The translations under genes were made by a program, and so were the position numbers. From NCBI GenBank assembly GCA_024704765.1, contig JAKMXF010000122.1:248001-312000 (forward strand): a stretch of DNA of 64,000 nt. The letters run 5' to 3'. Position 1 is the first letter of the stretch, and every line of letters begins with the position of its first letter. Shown piece by piece: positions 53,053 through 64,000 of the stretch. This stretch comes from Oopsacas minuta (taxonomy: Eukaryota > Animalia > Porifera). The notes below the pieces were generated by a model. The model did not search any database. It was not told the DNA's origin and worked only from the letters and a program-made list of their open reading frames with translations.

Positions 53053-56000
53053 AGGTCAAATCGAACCACAAATTGAGATTATTCGATCCAATTGTAATTA
53101 CGTATCCTGAAACTAACAACATCTGACAAATTAGTATTAAATCTAAGTAGACCAAGCGTGAAATAATAATAAAGATAGAAATCCTCAATGATAGTGTATT
53201 GCGGGATCCCAATAACGAAACTAAACTAAATCACAGAACGGAATTGAGTGAATAGAAAAAAATTAACCCCTAATCAATGGATCGAAAAATTAAACCGACA
53301 GTGTATTTGCTTGCGTGGAATGACGAATTTCAAATCAAATGTGTGAATATTGAATATTGTACTTGAGTATAATGGTGCATGTAGAAATTCTGTATATATG
53401 CTGGTACATAGAAGAACTTTTACGAATCAAATATTCCGAGTAACATACTCAGCAACCATTTCAAACAACAGTAGAGCCTCCCTACACGAAGCGATAATCC
53501 CCTACCATGGACAACTTCCTCGAACGGAATGAATGTACCATCAGATATGGAATACACGGTATCTTACAGCAAAAACAATATGAGGAACCACAGGCAATGA
53601 TTGGGGAAAACGAAATCTTAAGGAACTGCCCAGTCTGTTATTTTTAGTACACATACATAACACAAGAAATTCATATTTGTCTAAGTAGAATTCTGTCTAG
53701 TCTGAAATCTGATGTAGAGAAGCCACTTAGATCTCTACTCCAGTGAAAACTTAAGAACAATCTCTAAGGTAGTTACTGACTTATGAGGTGACAAATTCTT
53801 GAAGCGATATTATCTAAAAGGGTTAACCACCCCTTAAATTAAGCTAACCAACACAGACATGCGATAGAGAAGTAAATTAGCTACAAAATTAAACTCAGGA
53901 GATATGTTGATAGAGGGCTATATCCTCTAAGTTAAGTTCTGAGGACACGAATTTGCGATGAAACAGATATTGCAGTCCAAAAATCTGAGCAAAATAAATG
54001 TAAACGATTGATATACTATTAATAATACTGCGATAAAATGCGTGATCATATGATCTCAAAAGTGCTAAAATAGTTTTTAGTGCAGGAATTGGTTAAAATG
54101 TAGTGGTAAAATGTAGTGGTAAAATGTAACTGTAAAGACGGTAACAATAGTTGCCAACGCTCCTTTGGATTCCTATTGATCTTCAAAACAAGGACGTTTT
54201 AATAATTAGAAAATATTAAAACAGGGGTAAATTATACATCGCTCTATCCAGGGCTGGATTCAATTAATCTCCGCTACGTCAAATTAACAGCTATGAGAAA
54301 CTATAATCGGTTAACAAGTGGAAAATATGCTAGTGATGCATTCTTTCTATTGTCTCGAGAAGTACAAAATGGTTCATATACGAATTATTATAGTTAGTTG
54401 TGTAGGAAATCTAAAAATTTAGTTCATAATCAAACTTTCAATACTTTGGAAAGTTCCACATTACGATAGTATTTTTAATAGTAACAAGAATATTTCAATT
54501 TTATAAAAAAATAGAAGTATTTGACAGACAAATAATTGAATCAGGTGACCGGTTAACTTCTCTTATTGAAACTACTATAACCGTGGCAATAATTAGCTTA
54601 GGCAATCCAAACACCGTTCAATCAAATATATGAGAATAAATACCCTCGAACCCGCGGGCCCGTAGGATGAAGCCTAAGGAGGCTATTGGATTAACCGCTC
54701 ATGACCCTGAGAGTAAACAAGAACTATGACGTATGAAAATGAATATTTTGGAAAGATGTTAATTTTTTGATAAATAACTGTATACGGTCATAATTCATTG
54801 AAAAATTTGCATTAGGTTTCCAGATGTTTCTTTGGCTGTTCCCAAAATGGGCCTGGGAGGGAATTGCTGAATTCTAATATCGGTCCTAGTCATGTGGCTT
54901 GAGCAAAATTGTTAACAATCGGATAAAAGCATCAAAAGTGACGTAATTGTACTTTCTATGCTCAAGAACAATATTAAGAAGGAAACCACTTCCGACGGAT
55001 ACATTTGATCCCATCTTTCCTTTTTGAATAGCGGCTGTATGCTAATTAGCCGATTTATCCTTCAGGGGATAGTAACGTAGACGGAATTGTTGACGGTGGT
55101 CGGAGGTGGTGCGGGGTGATCCGGGGAGTTTTGAATTGTATTGAGCTATTAATTATTATTTGTCAGGTAACTCAAGAAAGAGATTAATATTTCATAGACA
55201 GTCCTAAATCTAAACACTACTACCTGAAATCATACAGAAATTAAATGTATTAAATATTCAGTACTATTTTAGGAATTTCATCCTACATTAGTCTGAACAA
55301 GTTTAAATGGAGCACATCATCCGAAGTGGTGCACTCCTCCATCGTGCACCAACATGGGTACCCCCTGCAAAGGGGTAATCTTTTCGAATTCATTGAATTA
55401 AGTTAGAACCACCAGATTCGTACTTAGCGCAAAATTCCCAGCAATTTGATGCGTCACTTGACAAATTGCCGATAACTTGCCTGTAGCAACGCAGGAATGT
55501 GACTCAGGTATGTAACAACATGATATTCTCAATTTTCCTCAACCCCATTGAGTTATAACGCATTTGAAGCTTCTAGGCGAGTTGAGTCTAGCTATACACA
55601 TATCCACCTCCTAAAATATCTATAAATATCTATATCGACCTCGACGGTCCATAAATTTTCTTGATATTAATTATATGTTTACCATGAACACACGATGTAA
55701 TCGTCTGTTTTGTATATAATATACAGCAACACATTCAGTGCGACCATATCGTCAGTGTAAATTATTGGACTTAGAATTATGATGAATTTGCATTATAGAC
55801 TCTAGGTATCAACATTTTGTAATAATGAATGAGGCAGCATTGTAAAACATTGTACAAACTGTGACAAATATTGATAAATAGATGAGAAATATCTATTGGG
55901 ATGTTGAAGAAAAAGTAAATATTACTTCAACAAATTTGGATAATAGATGAATACAAAAAAAGAAGTAGACAATTGGATATTATATAACTAAGTCCACTTT

Positions 56001-56054
56001 GTACAAATGAAAATAACAAAGTAAGGGGAGGCAAGAGGGCATATTAGCATGTCA

Positions 56055-56560
56055 AGAACTGATTGAAGAAACTGGAAGACCCTCAGGAATGAGTTATGGG
56101 TACAGGGGTATTTTAGGCCTGGCTCGGACAACTTGTACTCTTGGACCAAAATTCACAAATATTACGAAATTATGAAGTGGTTGTCACCATTTTGATTTTC
56201 CAAAATCACAACATTAACCACTACACAGCCAGTATAAATGATACAAGGTTGAAATTTTAATCATAGGTACCCCTAAATGTGCCAAATGTCCTACATCATG
56301 ATGCTCACTAAAAGCTAACTCATCATGGGATTATTTCTCCTAAAACTTTACAAACAAATTAAAATTTCCTAATTTCGAATAATTTTAGAATCTCATAATA
56401 TTCGAGACGTGAAGTGGCTAGATGGCTAAGCAAAAGCGACATAGCATCTCCAGTGTCACCATAGAAGGCCTTTGAATGTAATTCGGATGAACCATGAACA
56501 ATAATACTTTAACTCCGAGGCATTTAGTGCCAAGGGTGTAGTGCAGGAGAGCTGCGCTGC
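56055..56560 (+). mobile_element. Helitron-like family copy (internal part); a family-type 3' end lies at ~57080-57175
   Basis: Core gaactgattgaagaaactggaagaccc...ggcctggctcggacaac...cttggaccaaaattcac. 57100-57175 matches the 22286-end sequence (aatacttaag...gcagccacctagta...gctagcaa). Confidence 0.6.
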
Positions 56561-57709
56561 TCCCTCACTTTAACTTGATGAATTATCATCATATTTTAAT
56601 AATTGAATTTGGTTATCCGAATTTGCCATTCGTACCCAAGTAGACTCCACTTATCAGTAATAGGGTCACATCGGATGTCATTTTCACCCGATTAAGCAGA
56701 TTAAACTTGTCGGCCCGGTTACCCGGAGTTTTTTTATCATCGCATTGCACTGTTTCTTGCCAAATGACCCAATTAACCATGGGAAATTTTATCAATATGG
56801 CATCCCATTGAATATGCAAAACATGGCTAAGACATCATAATTCTGCTATCGTAGTCGAGGTTTGAAAGGTAAAACTTAAACACCAACAAAGGATGACATT
56901 ATCCGGAACTGTTGCTAGTTTAAATTACCTGTAATATGGATAACTACATGTTTCAGTAATAGAAAAATAACTTTGTTCTCACATATTTACTTAAAATTTT
57001 CTCTATAAGCGCTCACCACTATATTTTTGAGTACTGCATCACTGCGTGGTGAAGAGTAGATCCCATCGCCTAGCGACGAAACGCATAAAGAAATGTAGTT
57101 GTATAATACTTAAGTCAACATGAAGGCCTAAGGTGCCAGGCAGCCACCTAGTATGTTATTGGATTGGCTAGCAAAGTAACTATGTGAGGTATGCCAATTA
57201 ATGTATTCCAACATATATAAATATCGTCAGTCGTGATTTAGTTGCGTGATAGCCATGTTTGGATGATTTGGTTATTATTTCGAGTCAATATTATTCATGT
57301 TTTCACCAAGGGTGAATCATTTTTCGTGTATGGTATTGAGTGTGAAGTGGTTGCATTCGAAATTGTTGGGATGGTTGATGGGTTGTGACACAATCCTCCA
57401 ATGCTATGTCATAGCATAGTATACAAGCGCACAACAGTAACATGTGGATTTTCGACCAGGGATCGGTTACCCGATGGTAACAAATAATTGTAGGCTTAAG
57501 CTGTTTTGGGGTAACTATAGTGTCTAAGTGATTTTTAAGCATTCTAAATAGAATAATTCGCTTGATTCAGGAATAATTAAGCGTTATAGTGCACACCCTG
57601 TATAATTCAAAAATTACTATAATACAAGTAGTGAGATCATGATTGAAAAATCCAAAAACTATACAGTGAGCAACGAGAATACTACAAGTAATATCAATAC
57701 ACTCTAGTA

Positions 57710-57778
57710 CAGTGTTTCTCAACCGTTGGCTATGGACACATTATCAAAATTCTGTGGACCCCGGGTAGGGAAACACTA
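57710..57778. mobile_element. 69-bp hAT/Charlie-type mini-MITE
   Basis: Ends cagtgtttctcaacc / ggtagggaaacacta. 8-bp flanks ctctagta and ttttagta (6/8 match, central TA). Confidence 0.5.
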
Positions 57779-58299
57779 TTTTAGTAGATGCAAGGCGTTC
57801 CCTTAACAAAGACTCATCATAGACAATATTGAAGCCGGAATCCAAGAATCCGGAAGTATTGAACTCCAGAATACGCTTCTCAAGTCAAAAATTATACCTC
57901 GTTATCCTGAACCTAATAACAGAGAAAAGAAGCTAGAGATTCCACTAGTAACATGACAATCTAGAAAAATTCACAATTAATTATATTTTTCAACTTTCGA
58001 TTTTCGGTACATTTGAAAGTAACCATAGAATTGGAATTTTAAACTATATTTGCAAATAACAATTCCCAGTTACGAAGAAAGCTTCTGAAAATAAACCACT
58101 TACACCACAAAATGAACATAGTTCACTCCATAATTGACAATAAATGACACCAATAAGATTTTCATCGATAAATCGACAAATTCTTTCCAAGAAGGAACTA
58201 TAGATTCTAGGACAACCTCAGAAGGACATTTCAAACCTGTCAATGAGTTTGAACTGACATAGTGTTTAGGTTCATCGACAAGTATACTTATTTCAACAG

Positions 58300-60205
58300 T
58301 TAAGTATTCTCGGCAAATACGACATGGTTAACTACTTCTTGCGTACTGATGCACTGAATATCCAACAATAAACGCTAAGGACTGAAGTACTTGGAACCCA
58401 CACCCCTACGGCGGATACATCAGAAATAGCGCTCGAGAAAGTATCTAGCTCGGCTTCATTAATAGAATCTAGATTACCTGATGACAAGAAAGATTGAATG
58501 AACACTTGTAAAGAGACATACAATCTGACGGGAAGTGGCTTAAAAATTTGGATACTTGAGGCGGCGCACTGTTTCTAATCTGAAGGTATGAACGTGATAA
58601 TTTGCTCCTGGAATCATACGATGTAGTCCAAAATGGTGTTCCAATGGATCTGTTTGCTGGAAAGATGTTAATAGGTGTGAAAATCCACAGTTGAGTAAGA
58701 AATTTTGTTATCTGTGGTAACACGAGAGAGCATGTTTGAAGTTGATGAATGTTTACTTGCTGAATTTGCCAACTTTTCTCAGGGAGTGGCTGCCAAACCT
58801 CAAGCCAGTAGACATTTCGAGTCAGGAAGATCAAGCGGTCATCATTGAATGTTACTGGTCTAGACAATGGGCCATTCAAACGAGTCTTCTTCAAGGGAGT
58901 ATCACATTGAATTCTTCCAAAGAGATAGGAGAATCTCAACGAATTCAGAAATGTTGAACTCAAGTGTAGGAGGACGTTTCTTATTCTGGATCACTAGGGC
59001 AGTAATAGTGTATTCATGAACAAGTGCGGAGCAAGTTTCGCTAATCTCTCTTTCTCTTTCAGACTTATATAACATACGGATGTCACGAATGAACCATAAC
59101 ATATTTTTAGAGGATACTCTCATTGGTTGATAGAAATTCAATTCATTCCGGATTGGAAAAAGAACTACTATCACATTGTTGAATTAACCAACTATTAAGA
59201 ATAGTTTTCAGAATGGACAGTAAAATGTAAGAAAAGACACCTGTGTATATCACAAGGATGTGGTATTTGGGTCAACAGTTTGTGATTAGGAGAGAACATT
59301 TGGAAATGTTTCACATTAAGGGGATAGTTTCGATGAATAAGCTACAATCTTCTAAGACACGAATACAATATATTGGTTTCGAACAACTTCTCAGCAGATA
59401 GAGAAGTACATGCAAGTAGACGGACGATGCATGACCACTTCTTATACCAGATATATAACATTATATTGGTAGGATTGTGAGTGTCTAGATTCGAAGCAAA
59501 GAATCTTCCTCCTTTATAAGAAATATCTGATTTCACTCGAAATTCATCCGTTTGTATAATGACATTTCTTTGTTCTGAAGAAAAGGATCGTGTAGATTGC
59601 TTAAGACACGTGAAGAACTCGATTTGAAGGCGAAAAGATGAATATAACTTCTGTAGTGTATTGGAATGAGGAAGAGATGTGCAAGACATGCTCTGAAAAT
59701 GATGATAGGCTGTTTGAGAGAAGAGATCTGTTTTGAGAGACAAATGAGAATGTAACTTAACCTGTAAATTTTGAAACTGAATCTTGATCTTCTCCTTCTC
59801 TTCTACTCCTGACTCTAGACTGAGTGAACCAGCTTTATTGTGAATTTCGTCACCCTTGTCCTCTAGACAAGACGGCCTCGTTTGGGCGGAGGAATGACTT
59901 GAATAACAAGAAGGACCCCCTGATAGTATAGTGGGTACAGCTCCATCTCTTCCCTTGAAAGGCTGCGGGGTATCTTTTGGTAAGTTCTGTCTCTATTCGG
60001 CACTCTTTGTGTTGTTCGACCTCACCTCTCTAAAATGTTGGGAGCGCAAGTACACAAGGTTCAGTTTGTCCATATCATCTCTGTGTAGAGCTAGTAGGCA
60101 AGCATGACTCAGTTCATCAGGCTTCTGTGGCATCGTGAATACAGGTATTCTATCTTACGGGTTATAGTGGCTTGTACAACCTGTTGCAAAACACGTGCTG
60201 GGCAT
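58300..60205 (-). pseudogene. THAP9/P-element-like transposase remnant, copy P3
   Basis: From ATG 60205: MPSTCFATGCTSHYNP...SQHF...GAVPTI (THAP). 59743-59342: LPHSNTLQKL...QTDE...SYKGG (P-transposase core). Termini not found; lower boundary approximate. Confidence 0.8.
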
Positions 60206-60382
60206 GATCGTAGATAGCTAATAAGATTGATAACGTTTTGGAAGCGTCAGAAGGATGTGTAACAAAGAAAACACAAGAAAATACCACAAAAAGAATGCAA
60301 TTCAATGTTTTTCAAGAATGTGTGTATACATGTTAGGGAGAATCTGGGATTGTTTATATATAATTTATAGGGATTACTTATA

Positions 60383-60500
60383 TGTCGGCGGCCTACATTG
60401 TCGGCTAGCCGACAAATAAGGAATTATGGCCGACATATAAGGATTTAGCCGACAAATAAGGAATTATGGCCGACATATAAGGATTTAACCGACATATAAG
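60383..60500. repeat. GCCGACA motif array (two 40-bp tandem units plus inverted copies)
   Basis: gccgacaaataaggaattatggccgacatataaggattta at 60408 and 60448. Inverted tgtcggc at 60383 and 60399. Confidence 0.9.
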
Positions 60501-60640
60501 GATAAGGACTATATAAGGATTTATAAGGAACATATAATGATTATTATAAGGAATGTTATATTGCTACACTAGAGAAAGGATCTACATATATGTACATATC
60601 TCTAATGACAACTATTACACTGTGACAAAGTACCAAATTT

Positions 60641-63600
60641 TCATTTGTTTTTATCTGTATTCCTTTTCTTCGTCCTAACATCGTTAAAGCTCCGTTTCCT
60701 TTTATTAGAAGGGCGCCCTTTGGATCGAACACGTCTAGGATTTAGGATTGTTGCGATACTTGGAATAATTGCTCCACTTTCCTGTGGTATAGGTCTTAGC
60801 AATTGGTCCATTTCAGCTAATTTACCTCTCATAAGCGAAAAAGTTGAATGGTCAAGTGAAGCAAGATGAGCAATGTTTTTAAATTCTGTTGTTAGCATGC
60901 ATACCTTTCATCTTTCGTTAGGATAGGATTATTTTGATCATTTTCTTGTAATTCTATTACATTCTGACTACCAATACAGCTGTAGATATTAGAATTGTGA
61001 TCTGCTTGATTCTCTATCTATTATGAGACGATACATTAATAGTTGAAAGAACACAAGGACACAATGTTAATAATTTGGCAAGTCATTACGTAATTCTGAT
61101 ATAACCGAGTGCGGTTGCAATAATATCTGTGCTGTATCGAATGACTACTCACCTTCCAGAAATCAACTATAGCTTTGTCGTGTATATTCGTTATTTTCTC
61201 ATGATGATGAACAATAAGCATGTGACGACATGGTAAGCCCCATGATGATGGGAATAAGCATGTGCAAGATGTCAACGTTGTCTTACGGCTGGACTTAGTA
61301 AAAACCTTCGATAACCCGAGGTCCATTGATGTTAATTTCTCCTTGTTGGTACCTCCCGACAATCCTTCTCTTTCAACTAGAATAAAGACAAAATACATAT
61401 TTGAATTAGCATAAATTATTATACGTACACTCGAACTTCTTATCCGGACTCCGATATCCGGGTACCTCCCTCAACCGGGCACTATTTTTCCAAAAGGATT
61501 GAAATTGATTCGACCATTTCAATTTTTAGTAAATATTCCTTATAGTAGAGCTGTTTTACTCGTACTTCATATCTAACACGTTTCTTTGTAACTAAAAACC
61601 GTCATAACAGCTATATCCGTCCATATCGATATTTATCCTATTGATTATAATTGGATCCAGAGTTGGAATCGGGATCGGGTTTCTCGGGTACGGTTCTGGA
61701 AAGTGGACCAGATTCCAACTGATTGTCCCTCCCATAGAGTTAATGTTATTTCTCAGATTCGAGCAAATTCTGACTTCCGGCACCCTACGGTCCGGCACTA
61801 CCCGGATAAGAGAGGTTCGAGTGTACTATATTATTACAACTTCTTCCTTACCTGAGTCTCTGACAATAGAGTTAACTTCATAAATCTTTCCTTCGCCAAC
61901 GTTAAATATGGCATCAACACTATATTGCAATCACTGATCAATTTGTGCCTTTACAATCGCCAGTGCAAATGGTGTTAACTTAAGGTTTCGTTCTATCGGA
62001 TGTTTAGATGAGTATGTAGCCATTTTAAGCGCTAACCGGGTTGCACGTCCTTCATTTTGTTCTGAAAGGCTCTTCCTATTTTCATCAATTTTATTCGCGA
62101 GATGTGTAAGAAGAGTATGTGCATTTAAAAACTGTTTGATCGTTGAGTGAATGGATTCTGAACGTTGTGTGGAATGAGCACCCAACGTGAGGTGTTGCCA
62201 GGTCCATCGTGATGCCCATTGAATTCTCTTGTCATATAATATACGTAAAAAAAGTTGAGCAGAATGGAAAACTTTCTCGTTATTCGAGTTTTGCCTGATT
62301 GAACTAGAGCCAAAAGTTCTTTCCATTCTTGATCAAAATCATCACGAGATTCTGAATCTTGTTTTTTACATAGATTCAACATGAATTTAAGAAAGCATTC
62401 CAACTTTCGCATAAGTTTTCATGTCGGCCACTGAAAAGAGGTTTAATATGTTTGACAATATTTTGGCCAATGTGAAAAGTGTAAAGGAGATGTATAGTGG
62501 AAGGGTATACATTTCTGATCGCTGCGGCCATAGCTGGGTCACTGTCTGTAATAATGATTTTGGGTGGATGTCGAAATGGTTTCAGGAATTCACTGAATGC
62601 CCAAGTAAATGCTTCCTCTGTTTCATGATCAAGTAGTGTACATGCCAGGACTTGAGTATTTCCATGTTTATTGACTGTACAAAAAGCGGCAAACTTAAGG
62701 GTATATTTATTTGTACCATGGGTGGTATCGAAGAGCACGATGTTAGCTTCAGAATTTTCAACCCAGCGTTCAAAACTATCAGTCAATGTCCAAAAGACTT
62801 TACTCATTGAGCTGTCTTCTGCTGTTTGTATAGCGAAATACAATCCTTTGGTAGATAGTTGTTCTTGTAGATAACTGACGAAGTTCAATGCATCAAAACC
62901 TCTTTCTTCAACACTTGGCTGAAATTTATTGTACACATCTTGATAAGACCACGTTATTGGAAGATGTTTTTCATGTGCTTTACTTATAAAAACTTGATTA
63001 ATTTTTGATGCTGTGAGACCTGCACGTTTAAGCTCAAAGCCGAGGGTATTAAATTCGAATGGTATTTGTCGAAGGGAAGACTCCACTAGACTAGCGCTAT
63101 GACTTTCTACTAAATCGTGATTGTGTACAAAATTTCCTGTAACTACTGCCCAACCTTCAATACATTCTTCTAAACGAATGCTATATGGACAATTACACCT
63201 TTGTGTAATGGTATTTCGTTTTTCATTTGTGAGTTTACCCTTTTTAGCTCTGTAGCAACTTAAAACCCTCTGCTTGCCTTTTCTAGATGTAGGTGTATAA
63301 GTTGAACTCCATACTAAGTTAAATCTCCCGCCACCAGTAGCAAGATCCAACGCCCATTCATTTAAATCTAATTTAGATGTCACATGAGATTCCCAAGGTC
63401 CTTTGGGCATATCATACGGTAGGATAGTAGACCTTGATAGAATCATTGTATCAATTCTTCTTCTGACATCCGTATGGGTTATTGATTCAGAAACACTCTG
63501 ATTTTCAGAGACTTGCTCTGGGTCTACCTGGGAACATTCGTTAAGCGGTGAGTTTGTATCAATAGGATCTGGAAATTTCGAAATTATATATTGACTTTCA

Positions 63601-63797
63601 GTTGAAGAAATGGGACCAAATGCATCAGTATGATGATCAGGGTCGTAATTATGAAGATAATTGGGGTAGTCAATCATTTCAGTTGGATGTTCGATTTCAT
63701 TGTATCCAGTTAGAGAACATGAATTAAAATCGAGGAATTAATTTTGTGAAGCTATAGCTACAAAATATTCATCTGATTGATCGCTTGGTTCAGCCAT
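60641..63797 (-). pseudogene. Mutator-like (MULE) transposase with FAR1-type DNA-binding domain, DDE core, SWIM finger and AT-hook-like tail
   Basis: RCNCPYSI...HNHDL; VLFDTTHGTNKY...IITDSDPAMAAAI...LYTFHI; STQRSESIH; SCTC..SSWGLPCRHML; SKGRPSNKR. The intron 61851-61377 splices in frame. Two frameshifts and in-frame stops. Confidence 0.9.
61428..61823. mobile_element. pogo-type MITE inside the MULE intron
   Basis: TA-cactcgaacttcttatccgg ... ccggataagagaggttcgagtg-TA. Internal ccgg-rich repeats. Confidence 0.8.
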
Positions 63798-64000
63798 GAT
63801 AAATAGCTACGATGATTAATTCGCACAAATATAATAAATATTATCCGCAGATGGTAGGACTGAGTTACTGTGTCCCAATCAGAAAATGACCTTTTGAACC
63901 CGAAATTCAACCAAATTTGCCCAAAAATTACATGTTAGAAATATACGTTCTCCCCTTTAGGATTACCACGATTTTGATCAATACGAATTATTATGCATAT

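Noticed and set aside
2043-62874. Most 60-130 aa ORFs in the track (e.g. 2043, 2423, 3528, 21008, 34112, 36935, 60645, 62421)
   Set aside because: They are antisense or off-frame shadows of transposase sequence, or low-complexity AT-rich ORFs without recognisable motifs.
60327-63939. 10-bp direct repeat tacatgttag flanking the MULE as a TSD
   Set aside because: The sequences just inside the two copies are not inverted repeats and lack G...C ends. A chance match in AT-rich DNA is plausible.
29020-64000. Upstream UPB1 exon(s) ending in ...C(F/L)Q
   Set aside because: Candidate minus-strand CAR|GT donors (e.g. ~39075, 42825, 55232, 56928) gave no UPB1-like frame. The exons were not found by eye and may be outside the window or missed.

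Overview
AT-rich eukaryotic DNA, probably from an invertebrate animal; the species cannot be fixed from sequence alone. The only host gene I can support is beta-ureidopropionase (UPB1, minus strand). Its last two coding exons (29019-28717 and 14551-14060) flank a 14.2-kb intron; I could not find its 5' exons, which probably lie beyond 64000. Almost everything else is nested DNA transposons. (1) Two full-length, intron-containing Ginger elements with Gypsy-like integrase, TGT...ACA ends and 4-bp TSDs; one carries an OTU domain, and there is also a Ginger MITE. (2) Three THAP/P-element copies, two with CG...CG ends and 7-bp TSDs. (3) Four maT/Tc1-like elements, including a near-identical inverted pair. 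(4) Several mariner, pogo and hAT remnants, a FAR1/SWIM-type MULE, a non-autonomous Helitron-like family and a foldback element. No prokaryotic features, RNA genes or CRISPR arrays were found. The most unusual signals are a 9-bp motif (ATCCATGGT) 35-52 bp inside the ends of both Ginger and P elements, the inverted maT pair, a -1 frameshift at the same site in two diverged Ginger transposases, and the CG-ended P lineage. All alignments and counts were done by eye.
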